DNA of 58,874 bases from a virus (IMGVR_UViG_3300034104_003823:1-58874); one strand, 5' to 3'. Numbered from the stretch's first letter, positions 47,259 through 56,979 are shown. Notes: a model not told the origin generated them from the sequence alone. Numbers and translations are program-made.

Positions 47259-49025
47259 TTACATTTTTGTACCAAATAACCAACCGTATTTTATATAATC
47301 ATTTTTTGATGCTTCATTATTTCTATTATGATTTTGATTTGGTCCGGTTGGAATATATGGGTTAAAATTTATTATTTCTTTAACACTTTCATTTTCTGTT
47401 ACAGTCCAAGAGTTAATCATAACTTTTGTTTTTTCTACAACTTTTTCTAGTTTTGAGAATGAAGATTCACCAACGTATATTGCCATAGATATACCCATAA
47501 TAAGGTCATCGTGTTGTCCTTTTTGATGGTCTGGTCTTCCATTTACATAAATAAATGTATTCATTTCATTATAAAGTCGTGAACTTCTAATTTTAAATTT
47601 ATGTCTAACATATTCTTCAAATGCCGCAATAATTTGAACTCTTTTGTTATTAAAATTAATTCCTGGAATTTTATCTTGAGCTTTTGGGTTGTAAGCCCAA
47701 ATGTTTGTAGAGTCAACACCATCAATATATAAATTTTTATAACCGAGTTCTTGCATTTTTCTTACTGTTGTAACACCCATACCACCTGTAATATCCACAA
47801 CACAAAATGCGTTATACATTAGTCCCCATTTATATGCAATTTCAGCTAAAGCATCTGGTGGGATTTTCCCAACATATTCAAAAACTTGTTCTCTATCATC
47901 AAAATCAATTATTTGAATTGATGAAAAGTCTTCACTATCTCCACGGGATACGTCAACACCCATAATGTATTTATGTCCCTCAATTGGTTCCTTCCACATC
48001 CAAAGAGCATTTCCCATCATTTTATTTGGTGCATCTTGTAGTGTATTTTGTTTGATATAATCAAGTTGTTTTCCGTCAAATACATTATCTCCGGAACCAA
48101 GAAATTCACAGTTAAGCTCCTGATTTATTTTTCTTTTATCATACTTTAATTTTTTAACCATCTTCTCATACCAAGTAGAACACGGTTTGTATCCTTGTGA
48201 AAAATATTCTTTTATTTGTTCGTAGTCCCTATCATATGGGTCTGTATCTGCAAATGAAACATTACCAGAATGGTCTCTCTCATCTTTGTGTAATAAATAA
48301 TCAACCATATCATCTGTTGGAACCAAATACAAATCCTTTGAGTATCTTGGGTCTTTCCACCAAAACATTTCAGAGATTTTAAAGTTATTTATTCCTTTTG
48401 TTGCTTGATTGTAAATTTCATAATAAATTGGGTCATAACCGTTTGGTGTTGATACGACAATTACTTTACCACCTGTAGAAAGTGATGCCATACAGGCCGC
48501 CCAGAAATCACCGTCAGCTTCAATAAACGCCGCCTCATCAAAAATAAGAATTGTTGGTGTATAACCTCTTAACGCATCTCTTGATGTTGCAACGGCTTTT
48601 ACTTCACAACCGTTTGTCAATTTATAATGTCTTTGTGAATTTTTATCTGCTGAAAACCCAGTTCCAACCCAACTAGGCCATTGCTCAACAAACGCCCTAA
48701 TTTTATTAGCCATCTCCATTGATGTATCAAGTTTGTTGGCAATAATTAGAATTTTTTCTGGTCTTTCTTTTTTTGCAAAAACTAATCTTTTTGATGTCCA
48801 AGCGGCAGTTACTGTCGATACACCGGCTTGACGATATTTTAAAGCGATATTTTCTTCATATTCTTCATAGTCATCTAACAATGAAACTTGATCTGGAAAT
48901 AATTCCAAAGGAACATATTTTGATACTGTATTATCATATGTTTGTAGATATGTTCTTAATGCGTATGGTGTATCCTTCATACATTTTACATACTCTAACA
49001 TTACTTGTTCTTTAGTTAAACCCAT
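47259..49025 (-). CDS. terL: Terminase large subunit, T4 gp17-like
   Basis: LFPDQ, KYRQAGVST, ILIFDEAAF, STPNG, QELNCEF, MGVDVSRG..DFS, HDDLIM. Confidence 0.93.
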   Translation of the reverse strand: MGLTKEQVMLEYVKCMKDTPYALRTYLQTYDNTVSKYVPLELFPDQVSLLDDYEEYEENIALKYRQAGVSTVTAAWTSKRLVFAKKERPEKILIIANKLDTSMEMANKIRAFVEQWPSWVGTGFSADKNSQRHYKLTNGCEVKAVATSRDALRGYTPTILIFDEAAFIEADGDFWAACMASLSTGGKVIVVSTPNGYDPIYYEIYNQATKGINNFKISEMFWWKDPRYSKDLYLVPTDDMVDYLLHKDERDHSGNVSFADTDPYDRDYEQIKEYFSQGYKPCSTWYEKMVKKLKYDKRKINQELNCEFLGSGDNVFDGKQLDYIKQNTLQDAPNKMMGNALWMWKEPIEGHKYIMGVDVSRGDSEDFSSIQIIDFDDREQVFEYVGKIPPDALAEIAYKWGLMYNAFCVVDITGGMGVTTVRKMQELGYKNLYIDGVDSTNIWAYNPKAQDKIPGINFNNKRVQIIAAFEEYVRHKFKIRSSRLYNEMNTFIYVNGRPDHQKGQHDDLIMGISMAIYVGESSFSKLEKVVEKTKVMINSWTVTENESVKEIINFNPYIPTGPNQNHNRNNEASKNDYIKYGWLFGTKM

Positions 49026-49039
49026 AAAGATATTTTTAT

Positions 49040-49046
49040 ATAAATA
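49040..49046 (-). promoter_or_regulatory. Putative late promoter motif TATTTAT
   Basis: 14 nt upstream of the terminase ATG, just after a hairpin. Confidence 0.55.
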
Positions 49047-49048
49047 TC

Positions 49049-49080
49049 AAACCCCCAGTTATTTTCATAAAAGGGGGTTT
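49049..49080 (-). terminator. Hairpin / probable terminator
   Basis: AAACCCCC..TTAT-TTTC-ATAA..GGGGGTTT. Confidence 0.6.
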
Positions 49081-49100
49081 AAATTAATTATAGATATATT

Positions 49101-50471
49101 TTATAATCCTAATTGTGATAATAAATCATCTTCGTCTTCATCCTCATCAAAATCTTTATCAGAAGTTTCTTTATACTTTTTGTATTCAGATTTTGCTTTT
49201 GATAATAACTCCTCAAATCTTTTTTGTGCTTTTTGATTATCTGATTTATCATTAGAAATAACATTAGCAATTATATTTTTTAAGAAATCTTCAGCCGGTA
49301 CACTATAAAGAGCCTGTTCAAAAAATGGAATATATTTTTTACTATCCGGTACTAAAATTAATTCTTCCGGAAGTAATGTTCTAATTTTTCTTACAAGTTC
49401 GGCACCAACTCTAAAATTCATTGGTTCATTCTGCATTGTATCTGTTTGACCAATTACAGCACCAGCCATTTCTGGGTCCATATCTTTCCATTGAGCTCTT
49501 GATTGAACCATAGAAAATGATTTAAATAACTCGTGAAGTAAAATTGGAAAAATAACACCATTTGCATAATACGTATCATTTTCCTCTTCTTCACCACCTT
49601 GTTCGTCATCTTCTTCTTCATCGTCGTCATTTGGTTCCATTTTACCAGCAGCACCAGCGGCATTTCCACCAAGAGCTTCAATTAAATCTTCATCTGTAAA
49701 ATACATTAAATCATTTGCACCCATAATTTTGTTGTACAAAGGATATAATCTAGGATCAATAGCGTCTAATCTGTCTTTATACATTTGATAAGCAAATTGA
49801 CCTTTTTTACCTTTACCCATTATAATCGCATTGATTACGTTTCTTTTTTCAATTTCCAATTGTTTTTGTTCTTCCGGTGTAAGTTCATCAATATCAAAAG
49901 AAAAATTAGGTGGTAATGGTAATTTTTTACTTTCTTTTGATTTCATTTGAAATATTGTTGGATTAATTCTTTGTTCACCTAAAAATGTAAGCATATTTAC
50001 AAAGTCAAACTGGTAAACAACACCACCTTCTTTTCTTTCTTTTGATACAAAACCTTCGGCAATTGCTTCTTCCATATTTTTGTTATATGGAAGCCATCCT
50101 TCTTCTTTGGCTGCAATCTCTACGGCTAAATCTCTTAATTGTTCTCTATTAGTAGGTTCAATTCGCATTGCTTGTTGAACTGACATCATTTGTTCCATTT
50201 GGATTGCTCTCTTAATTCTTGGTTCCGTAATATTTAAATCCGTTTCATAATATCTTTTAACATAATCAACAATTTCTTTAAATCTGCTACCGGCCATTCT
50301 TTCAACATCAGAAACACCTTTTCTAAACGCTCTGTTTTTTGCGTAAATTCCTTCTGGATCCTCAATTCGTGCTTGAGTTCTTGGGTGCATTCTTTCAGGA
50401 TAATCACCGTAATCAACCGGAGCCTCCTTAACAATTTTTCTAATTAATTTTTCAATATCTTTATTTCCCAT
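49101..50471 (-). CDS. Hypothetical protein (candidate head protein; HE motif)
   Basis: 456 aa; starts MGNKDIEKLIRKIVKEA; FPILLHELFKS. Confidence 0.7.
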   Translation of the reverse strand: MGNKDIEKLIRKIVKEAPVDYGDYPERMHPRTQARIEDPEGIYAKNRAFRKGVSDVERMAGSRFKEIVDYVKRYYETDLNITEPRIKRAIQMEQMMSVQQAMRIEPTNREQLRDLAVEIAAKEEGWLPYNKNMEEAIAEGFVSKERKEGGVVYQFDFVNMLTFLGEQRINPTIFQMKSKESKKLPLPPNFSFDIDELTPEEQKQLEIEKRNVINAIIMGKGKKGQFAYQMYKDRLDAIDPRLYPLYNKIMGANDLMYFTDEDLIEALGGNAAGAAGKMEPNDDDEEEDDEQGGEEEENDTYYANGVIFPILLHELFKSFSMVQSRAQWKDMDPEMAGAVIGQTDTMQNEPMNFRVGAELVRKIRTLLPEELILVPDSKKYIPFFEQALYSVPAEDFLKNIIANVISNDKSDNQKAQKRFEELLSKAKSEYKKYKETSDKDFDEDEDEDDLLSQLGL

Positions 50472-50473
50472 TA

Positions 50474-51343
50474 TTATAAACTTAATACTTGCATTATTGC
50501 TGACATAAATTCACTTTTTTGTTTTTCCTTTTCAGCTTTAGGATTTTCTTTAACACCTGGATTTGGATCCTTGAAAGGATTTTTTCTTTTTGGTGGATTT
50601 TTAATTCCCGGTTTTGTTGGTGCTTCTTTTTCTTTTGTACTATTTTCCATCATACCTAAACTTGTTATTTTTCCGATTGGTTTTTTCATTTCAATTCCTT
50701 CTTCATCGGAAAACATAGACATTTTTTTAGGTCTTCTCAATACCATTGATTCCTTTTTTTCATTAAGAGTTTTCAACAAATCACTTTTTGTCATAGATGG
50801 ATTAATATATTCGTCTAACATATTAACAATTCTATCTTCCAAAAACTTTTCAAAATTTTCGTTTGTTTTTTTCTTTTTGTATTTAACAGTTTTTTCTGGG
50901 TGTAATTTTTCTGGCATTTTTTTGTAATCTTTTTTTGATGTAAATTTTTCAAATTCATCTTTCATTTTACACCATTTTTTTTGCTCTTTTGTTTTTCCAT
51001 CACCACATTTCGCATAAAATAATCCTTGTTGTGCTTTTGATTCAAATTTTTCTTTAACTTCACCTTCTGGTATTTCGCCAGTACCAACTGGTTTATCTTT
51101 TGACATCATTGTAATCCCTTTATTTGGGTCGACAGAAATGTCAGCACCACTTGGAACATTTAAGTTTGCTTGAGAACCCGGTGTTATTGTTGTTTTATAG
51201 CCCGTTTGTTGTACTGTTTGTACCGCTTCTTTTGTCTCAAATCTTTCAGCTAAAACTTTAATTTGATTTCTATTCATTTTTGAGATGGTATTAAAATGAA
51301 TACCATTTTCAAGTAATATATTAATGTATTGATTAGTTCTCAT
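50474..51343 (-). CDS. Hypothetical protein (candidate head protein)
   Basis: 289 aa; EKFESKAQQ..F, multiple xxE sites, P/K-rich tail. Confidence 0.7.
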   Translation of the reverse strand: MRTNQYINILLENGIHFNTISKMNRNQIKVLAERFETKEAVQTVQQTGYKTTITPGSQANLNVPSGADISVDPNKGITMMSKDKPVGTGEIPEGEVKEKFESKAQQGLFYAKCGDGKTKEQKKWCKMKDEFEKFTSKKDYKKMPEKLHPEKTVKYKKKKTNENFEKFLEDRIVNMLDEYINPSMTKSDLLKTLNEKKESMVLRRPKKMSMFSDEEGIEMKKPIGKITSLGMMENSTKEKEAPTKPGIKNPPKRKNPFKDPNPGVKENPKAEKEKQKSEFMSAIMQVLSL

Positions 51344-51740
51344 ATACTATTTTTTTTTCAAATTCTAATACAAGGTCTCTCTCGTATAATTTATCTTTAA
51401 CGTTTTGTTCTGTTTCACCGTAACGGAAAACCAATCTTTTAATCAATGAAAAATCCAAATCTTCTTCTTTTTCCCATCCTAATGCAATAACATCATCGAT
51501 TGAGTCTTGAACTGAAAAAACATCGGAATCTTGAATTAAATCCATAGTAATATTACTATTCATCAAAACACCTACCTTTTTAATATGTTCAATATCTGGA
51601 GGACTTGGGTAACCGTTTGCTGGTCTTACTTCCCAACTTTCACCCCAAACATCAATCAACGATTCAGAAAAAATAAATTCATAAATGTTTTCTCCCTTAT
51701 AATTAGGTCCCAAACCATTTATGTAAATCAAATAATTCAT
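51333..51740 (-). CDS. Hypothetical protein
   Basis: 135 aa, overlaps both neighbours in operon. Confidence 0.7.
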   Translation of the reverse strand: MNYLIYINGLGPNYKGENIYEFIFSESLIDVWGESWEVRPANGYPSPPDIEHIKKVGVLMNSNITMDLIQDSDVFSVQDSIDDVIALGWEKEEDLDFSLIKRLVFRYGETEQNVKDKLYERDLVLEFEKKIVYEN

Positions 51741-53215
51741 TCAACCTTTCCGTCTATATTGATTTTATAATTATATTTTCCGTTTTTAAATAAAAGATTT
51801 CCTTTATTTGTCTTACCAAGTAAAACTGAATTTGGGTTATTTTCTAAAAATTTTAAACCACCTCTTTCTTGTCTAACAGATTCTGATAATCTTTTAATTT
51901 CACTTTTATTTTCTTTATATAATGGTTTAGATTTATTTATAACATCTTCAGTTAAATAACTTTTTAATATTTTATCAACTTTTGACTCACTAAACATTTC
52001 ATCAATATCACCATATGAAATTCTTCCTCTACCTCCTCTTTTTCTAAATGGAACACTTTCATCCTCTATTGAAAAATCTTTGCCGGTACCCTCAAATCCA
52101 AAATCAAAATCTTTTTGGCCATAAATTTTATCTGCGTCCTCAAACCAAGACGGATCCTCAAATTCATCAAGTTCACCACCATAATCACCGTAAACATTCA
52201 TTTTACCAATATTATCTGACATTTGTTTTGACATTCTATTAGCAATTGATTTACCAATCACACCCATATCATCAAAATCTTCTGCCATTTCACCTTCTGG
52301 TGCTTCAGGTGGTTCTGGTGCAATTTCTTCATCTTCTGAACTACCATCTTCTTCGTCTTCACCTTCTTCCGGTTCAAATTCTTCACCATCTTCTTCCTCA
52401 CCTTCTAATCTTGCCATAATTTCGTCCATATCATCCTCATCTAAAACTGATAAATCAAGGGCTGATAAAACAGAATTAATTACATATTTTACGTCATCAC
52501 TTGACATACCCTCTTCTTGATCTTCAGAAAATGCTCTTAGTTTTTGACCTAATTTTCCAACAAGTTTTTGAATTGATTTAAAAGTTACTGCCCCGCCTTC
52601 TTCTTCACCTTCTGGTTCTTCTCCACCCATATCTGGTTCCGGCATATCTTCAGGCGCTCCTCCTTCATCCGGCATAGGTGCTCCACCCATATCTGCTTCT
52701 GGTGCTCCACCTTCATCTGGCATAGGCGTTGTTTCTGGTGCTCCACCCATATCTGGTGCGGGTGCGGGTGCTGGTGCCGGCATAGGTGCTGGTGGTAATT
52801 CTGGAGCTCCTCCAGTATCCGCCCCACCTTCAGCTTTTGGGACCTTTAATTTAAATTTTTTTTGTTCACCAAATAAAGAAATTTCTTCTTTATTTTCGGT
52901 TAATGAATTTATTTCTTTTGTAATTAAATTTAATCTTTTTAACGCTTGAGAATATGAAGAATAATATTTTCTATTTCTCATAGGTTCGATATATTCACTT
53001 ACTGATTCAGAAATTTGTTTTTTAATAACATAACCTTGTTTTTCTCTAACAATTTCATAGTCATTACCATCAGCAAGACCAATAGTATATTCTGTTTTTT
53101 TATCTTCATTGATTCTTTGCGGAACATTTTCTTTATAACGGGATATTTCAATCATTCTTTTGATTTTATCCATTCCTTGCAATTTTTCACTTCCAATAGG
53201 TTTTAATCCGCCCAT
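51737..53215 (-). CDS. Acidic Pro/Gly-rich hypothetical protein (candidate prohead core component)
   Basis: 492 aa; DMGGAP/PDEGGAP repeats; TATTTAT at 53249-53255. Confidence 0.7.
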   Translation of the reverse strand: MGGLKPIGSEKLQGMDKIKRMIEISRYKENVPQRINEDKKTEYTIGLADGNDYEIVREKQGYVIKKQISESVSEYIEPMRNRKYYSSYSQALKRLNLITKEINSLTENKEEISLFGEQKKFKLKVPKAEGGADTGGAPELPPAPMPAPAPAPAPDMGGAPETTPMPDEGGAPEADMGGAPMPDEGGAPEDMPEPDMGGEEPEGEEEGGAVTFKSIQKLVGKLGQKLRAFSEDQEEGMSSDDVKYVINSVLSALDLSVLDEDDMDEIMARLEGEEEDGEEFEPEEGEDEEDGSSEDEEIAPEPPEAPEGEMAEDFDDMGVIGKSIANRMSKQMSDNIGKMNVYGDYGGELDEFEDPSWFEDADKIYGQKDFDFGFEGTGKDFSIEDESVPFRKRGGRGRISYGDIDEMFSESKVDKILKSYLTEDVINKSKPLYKENKSEIKRLSESVRQERGGLKFLENNPNSVLLGKTNKGNLLFKNGKYNYKINIDGKVE

Positions 53216-53290
53216 AATATTTTGTTTTGAATAAATTATTTTTTTTTAATAAATATATCAATATTTAAGATTATTTGTTTTTTAATTAAA

Positions 53291-54025
53291 TTATTGATTC
53301 ATTGATAATTTCTTATCAATTAATTTTGTTGGTAAGTCGTATAATTTTTCTATGTAACCATTTCTTCTTAGTAGTTTAAATACTAGGTTTTCAACCGACA
53401 TTTCACCATTTTTTTCTAAACCACAATTTCTAAAATTTTTAAGTTTTGTTTTGTATTTCTTTACAATTGACCTAATAACATCTGGAGATTCATCATCAAT
53501 ATTATCAACAACACCATCAATAATCCTCATCCATTGTTTTGATTTGTTTTTAATAAGTTTTATATCAACATTTTTATTATCTAATTTTTTTGGTTCATTA
53601 ACCCAATCATTATATAGTATTGAGTATATACCACTACTAAATGTGGTTTCAGCCTCATCTTGAACAAAACACTCAACATCATACCCAAAAATTTTTATGT
53701 CGTGTTTCTGATTAAACACAATTTTTTTCAAATCAAAATATTCAACGTAAAGGTCTTTTGAGTTATTTGGGAATTGATTATAGTTTAATACTATATGTAA
53801 ATCAATATCGGAAAATTTGGACCAGTTATAATTAACTAATGATCCAATCATTATAATATCTGTGATTAAAATATCGGTACCAACAAACTCCAAAAATAAA
53901 TCTGAAATCTCAAGAAGTTTTTCTCTAACCTCTGGATTCATTTTCATATCCTTACCGGAACCTTCCCAAATTTTTGGATTTAACTCTTTTCTTGGTTCAA
54001 AACTTTTTAGTAATTCGTTTTCCAT
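53291..54025 (-). CDS. Pol-beta superfamily nucleotidyltransferase
   Basis: hGS..NYNW..SDIDLH and third carboxylate YDVECFVQD. Confidence 0.75.
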   Translation of the reverse strand: MENELLKSFEPRKELNPKIWEGSGKDMKMNPEVREKLLEISDLFLEFVGTDILITDIIMIGSLVNYNWSKFSDIDLHIVLNYNQFPNNSKDLYVEYFDLKKIVFNQKHDIKIFGYDVECFVQDEAETTFSSGIYSILYNDWVNEPKKLDNKNVDIKLIKNKSKQWMRIIDGVVDNIDDESPDVIRSIVKKYKTKLKNFRNCGLEKNGEMSVENLVFKLLRRNGYIEKLYDLPTKLIDKKLSMNQ

Positions 54026-54052
54026 TACATATAAATATAATGGTATATGAAA

Positions 54053-54298
54053 TTAACCTAATTTCTTGTATTTATGTGCTTTTGCAATTTTAGAACTAAA
54101 GAAACTTCCCTGTGATGGTGCACCTCTAAATTGTGTATATAATTGGTGTGGAACATTTTCATACTCATATTTGGTACCATTTTTAAATTCAACAACTAAA
54201 AGTTTTGATTCTGTGTCATATTCAGTTCTTACTAAATTTGATGATTGAACTTCATTTAATATTTTTGTTCCTTTAATTTCTTCTTTTGTAATTGCCAT
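54053..54298 (-). CDS. KTSC-domain protein
   Basis: VQSSNL...YD..LVVEFKNG..YEY.NVP..Y..F..APSQGSFF...I. Confidence 0.9.
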   Translation of the reverse strand: MAITKEEIKGTKILNEVQSSNLVRTEYDTESKLLVVEFKNGTKYEYENVPHQLYTQFRGAPSQGSFFSSKIAKAHKYKKLG

Positions 54299-54335
54299 AA
54301 TTATTATTTTTTAATAAATATATTTTATACAAAAT

Positions 54336-54359
54336 AAAAATCCACCCTTTTGGGGTGGA
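54336..54359 (-). terminator. Intrinsic terminator
   Basis: TCCACCC / GGGTGGA stem with U-tract on the minus strand. Confidence 0.7.
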
Positions 54360-54365
54360 CTTTAT

Positions 54366-54737
54366 TTATTTTAGGGAGTTGATTTTATCTCTTAATTCTA
54401 TCGCCTTCTCAAAGTTCTGGGTTTTTATACATTCATCCAGTTCTTTTTTTAGCTTACTTATTTTTTCTTTATTCTTTTCTAAATTTTTAATTTTATCTCT
54501 CAACTCCACAGCTTTTTCAAAATCTTGTTCTTCTACCGCAATATCAAGTTCTTGTTTTAATAATGAAATTTCATTTGGTTTATTTTGTTGGTTCATTTTA
54601 TTTGTGAATATCGTATAAGAAAAAGAACCATCATCAGATGTAAAATTTTTTCTTTCATAATTTTCTGGATTAAAAAATTGTCTATCCAGGTCGTTAAATA
54701 ATTCATTAAATAATCTGTTAAAATTTCTATTAAACAT
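54366..54737 (-). CDS. Twin UVR (UvrB/C coiled-coil) domain protein
   Basis: LKQELDIAVEEQDFEKAVELRDKI and LKKELDECIKTQNFEKAIELRDKI. Confidence 0.85.
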   Translation of the reverse strand: MFNRNFNRLFNELFNDLDRQFFNPENYERKNFTSDDGSFSYTIFTNKMNQQNKPNEISLLKQELDIAVEEQDFEKAVELRDKIKNLEKNKEKISKLKKELDECIKTQNFEKAIELRDKINSLK

Positions 54738-54803
54738 TTTTTTTGTTTTTTATAAGTTTATTTTGTTTATTTTTTTACTAAATGTATACCAAAATTATAA
54801 ATA

Positions 54804-54857
54804 TGACAAATTGTCAGGTTTTTAATTTTTAAACTGACATAAAGTCAAATATTGACT
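54804..54857. promoter_or_regulatory. Palindromic operator-like boxes
   Basis: TGACA-AAT-TGTCA (54804-54816), TGACA-TAA-AGTCA (54835-54847) and overlapping AGTCAA-ATA-TTGACT (54843-54857). Confidence 0.55.
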
Positions 54858-54882
54858 ACAAGTTCATTTATAATTAAAATTA
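54852..54882 (+). promoter_or_regulatory. Putative promoter of clpC
   Basis: TTGACT-N17-TAAAAT. Confidence 0.45.
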
Positions 54883-54898
54883 AAATAAAAATTAAAAT

Positions 54899-56962
54899 AT
54901 GGGATTAGAATTTATTGATGACAACGACAAAAACAAAAAAAAGGGTGATGGATTAACACCAGTTTTAGACAATTTTAGCAGAGATTTAAACAAACTAGCT
55001 ATTGAAGGTAAATTAGATCCGGTTGTTGGTAGAGAAAAAGAAATTATGAGGATTGCTCAAGTTCTTTCGAGAAGAAAAAAGAATAATCCAATAATTGTTG
55101 GTGAACCTGGATGTGGTAAAACTGCAATTGTTGAGGGTTTAGCAATGAAAATAATTGATGGTGATTGTCCTAAAAATCTTGCTGACAAAAGAATTGTTTC
55201 ATTAGATATGAATTCTGTTGTTGCCGGAACAAAATATAGAGGTCAATTTGAGGAAAGAATGAAGGTAATTTTAGAAGAATTACAAAATTCGCCAAACATA
55301 ATTATTTTTATTGATGAAATTCATACAATTGTTGGTGCTGGGAGTTCGTCAGGTTCTTTAGATGCTTCAAATATTTTTAAACCATCATTAGCTAGAGGTG
55401 AAATTCAATGTATTGGTGCAACAACACTTGACGAGTATAGGAAACATTTTGAAAAAGATGGAGCTCTAGAAAGAAGATTCCAAAAAATTATTGTGGACCC
55501 ATCTACAAAAGAAGAAACTTTTCAAATACTAAAAAATAGTAAAGAAAAATACGAACAACATCACAAAGTAACTTATTCTGATGAAGTTTTGACTTTATGT
55601 GTTGAATTAGCTGATAGATATATTACAGACCGAGAGTTTCCTGATAAAGCATTTGATATTTTAGATGAGGTTGGGTCAAGAATGCAAATTGATATAAAAT
55701 TACCAGAACATATTGAGGATTTAAAACAAGAGCTTAATGACATTAAAAAAGAAAAAGTTGATGTTATTAAAAAACAAAAATATGAATTAGCAGCAGAACT
55801 TCGTGATAGAGAAAAAAATGTTATAAACAAACTAGAGGAAGAAAAAAAGAAATTTGAGGACGACTTAAAAAATAGTAAAAGAGGTATTCCGGAAGATTTA
55901 ATTTATGATGTTGTATCAAATATGACAAAAATTCCAGTAAGTAAAATTAATATTGATGAGAAAAATTCTTTGGTTAATTTAGAAAATTCATTAAACAATA
56001 GTGTTATTGGACAGGAGGAAGCTGTTAAGAAAATTTCAAAATCAATTAGGAGAAATAGAGTTGGTATTAAGGATCCAAATAGACCAATTGGTTCATTTAT
56101 ATTCCTTGGCTCAACCGGTGTTGGTAAAACATTTTTAGCAAAGAAATTAGCAAAGGAAATTTTTGGTAGTGAAGATAGTTTGATTCGTGTTGATATGTCA
56201 GAATACCAAGAAAAACATACAATATCAAGACTTATCGGTTCTCCTCCAGGATATGTTGGTCACGAAGAAGGTGGACAATTAACAGAACAAGTTAAAAACA
56301 AACCATATTCAGTTATTTTATTTGATGAAATTGAGAAAGCAAATAAAGATATTTTCTCAACATTACTTCAAATGTTAGACGATGGTCATATGACAGATGG
56401 TCTTGGTAGAAAGATTAACTTTAAGAATTGTTTAATTATTATGACATCAAATATCGGTGTTAGAAAAGTTCAAGATTTTGGTTCCGGAGTTGGTTTTAAA
56501 ACAAATAATGATAGTGAGGCCGTACAAGAAGAATACAAAAGAGATGTTCTTAAAAAAGAATTAAGTAAGTTTTTTGCACCCGAATTTTTAAATAGAATTG
56601 ATGATGTTGTAATTTTCAACTCACTTAAAAAAGAACACATTGATAAAATTGTAAAACTTGAAATTGATAGATTAATTGAAAGATTAGAATCAATGAAGTA
56701 TAAAATTACATATGAACAATCAGTTATTGAACTAATCGCAAAAGTTGGATTTGATGACCAGTATGGTGCAAGACCAATAAAAAGAGCTATCCAGGATAAA
56801 ATTGAGGATTTAATTTCTGAAAAAATTTTAACTAATGAGGTTTTAGAAGAAAAAGAATATATGTTATTTGTTAAAGGAGAAGGTGATGACCAAACAATAG
56901 ATATTGAAAGTAGGGAAACACCAGAACCAAAGAAAAGGGGTAGAAAGAAAAAGGAGGATTAA
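54899..56962 (+). CDS. clpC: ClpC-like AAA+ unfoldase lacking N-terminal domain
   Basis: LDPVVGRE, GEPGCGKT, FIDEIH, UVR M-domain (YELAAELRD), GSTGVGKT, RLIGSPPGYVG, VGF ClpP-docking loop, YGARP. Confidence 0.9.
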   Translation: MGLEFIDDNDKNKKKGDGLTPVLDNFSRDLNKLAIEGKLDPVVGREKEIMRIAQVLSRRKKNNPIIVGEPGCGKTAIVEGLAMKIIDGDCPKNLADKRIVSLDMNSVVAGTKYRGQFEERMKVILEELQNSPNIIIFIDEIHTIVGAGSSSGSLDASNIFKPSLARGEIQCIGATTLDEYRKHFEKDGALERRFQKIIVDPSTKEETFQILKNSKEKYEQHHKVTYSDEVLTLCVELADRYITDREFPDKAFDILDEVGSRMQIDIKLPEHIEDLKQELNDIKKEKVDVIKKQKYELAAELRDREKNVINKLEEEKKKFEDDLKNSKRGIPEDLIYDVVSNMTKIPVSKINIDEKNSLVNLENSLNNSVIGQEEAVKKISKSIRRNRVGIKDPNRPIGSFIFLGSTGVGKTFLAKKLAKEIFGSEDSLIRVDMSEYQEKHTISRLIGSPPGYVGHEEGGQLTEQVKNKPYSVILFDEIEKANKDIFSTLLQMLDDGHMTDGLGRKINFKNCLIIMTSNIGVRKVQDFGSGVGFKTNNDSEAVQEEYKRDVLKKELSKFFAPEFLNRIDDVVIFNSLKKEHIDKIVKLEIDRLIERLESMKYKITYEQSVIELIAKVGFDDQYGARPIKRAIQDKIEDLISEKILTNEVLEEKEYMLFVKGEGDDQTIDIESRETPEPKKRGRKKKED

Positions 56963-56979
56963 AAACCCTCCTTTTTTTT
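56948..56979. terminator. Bidirectional terminator between convergent genes
   Basis: AAAAAGGAGG / CCTCCTTTTT stem with T-runs on both strands. Confidence 0.75.

Noticed and set aside
47259-49025. Intein or intron in terminase (also checked portal, ClpC, MCP)
   Set aside because: Lengths are ordinary; no intein splice motifs or homing endonuclease.
49520-49560. HExxH metalloprotease in the 456-aa protein
   Set aside because: Sequence is HELFK, lacking the second His; not supportable without a structure search.
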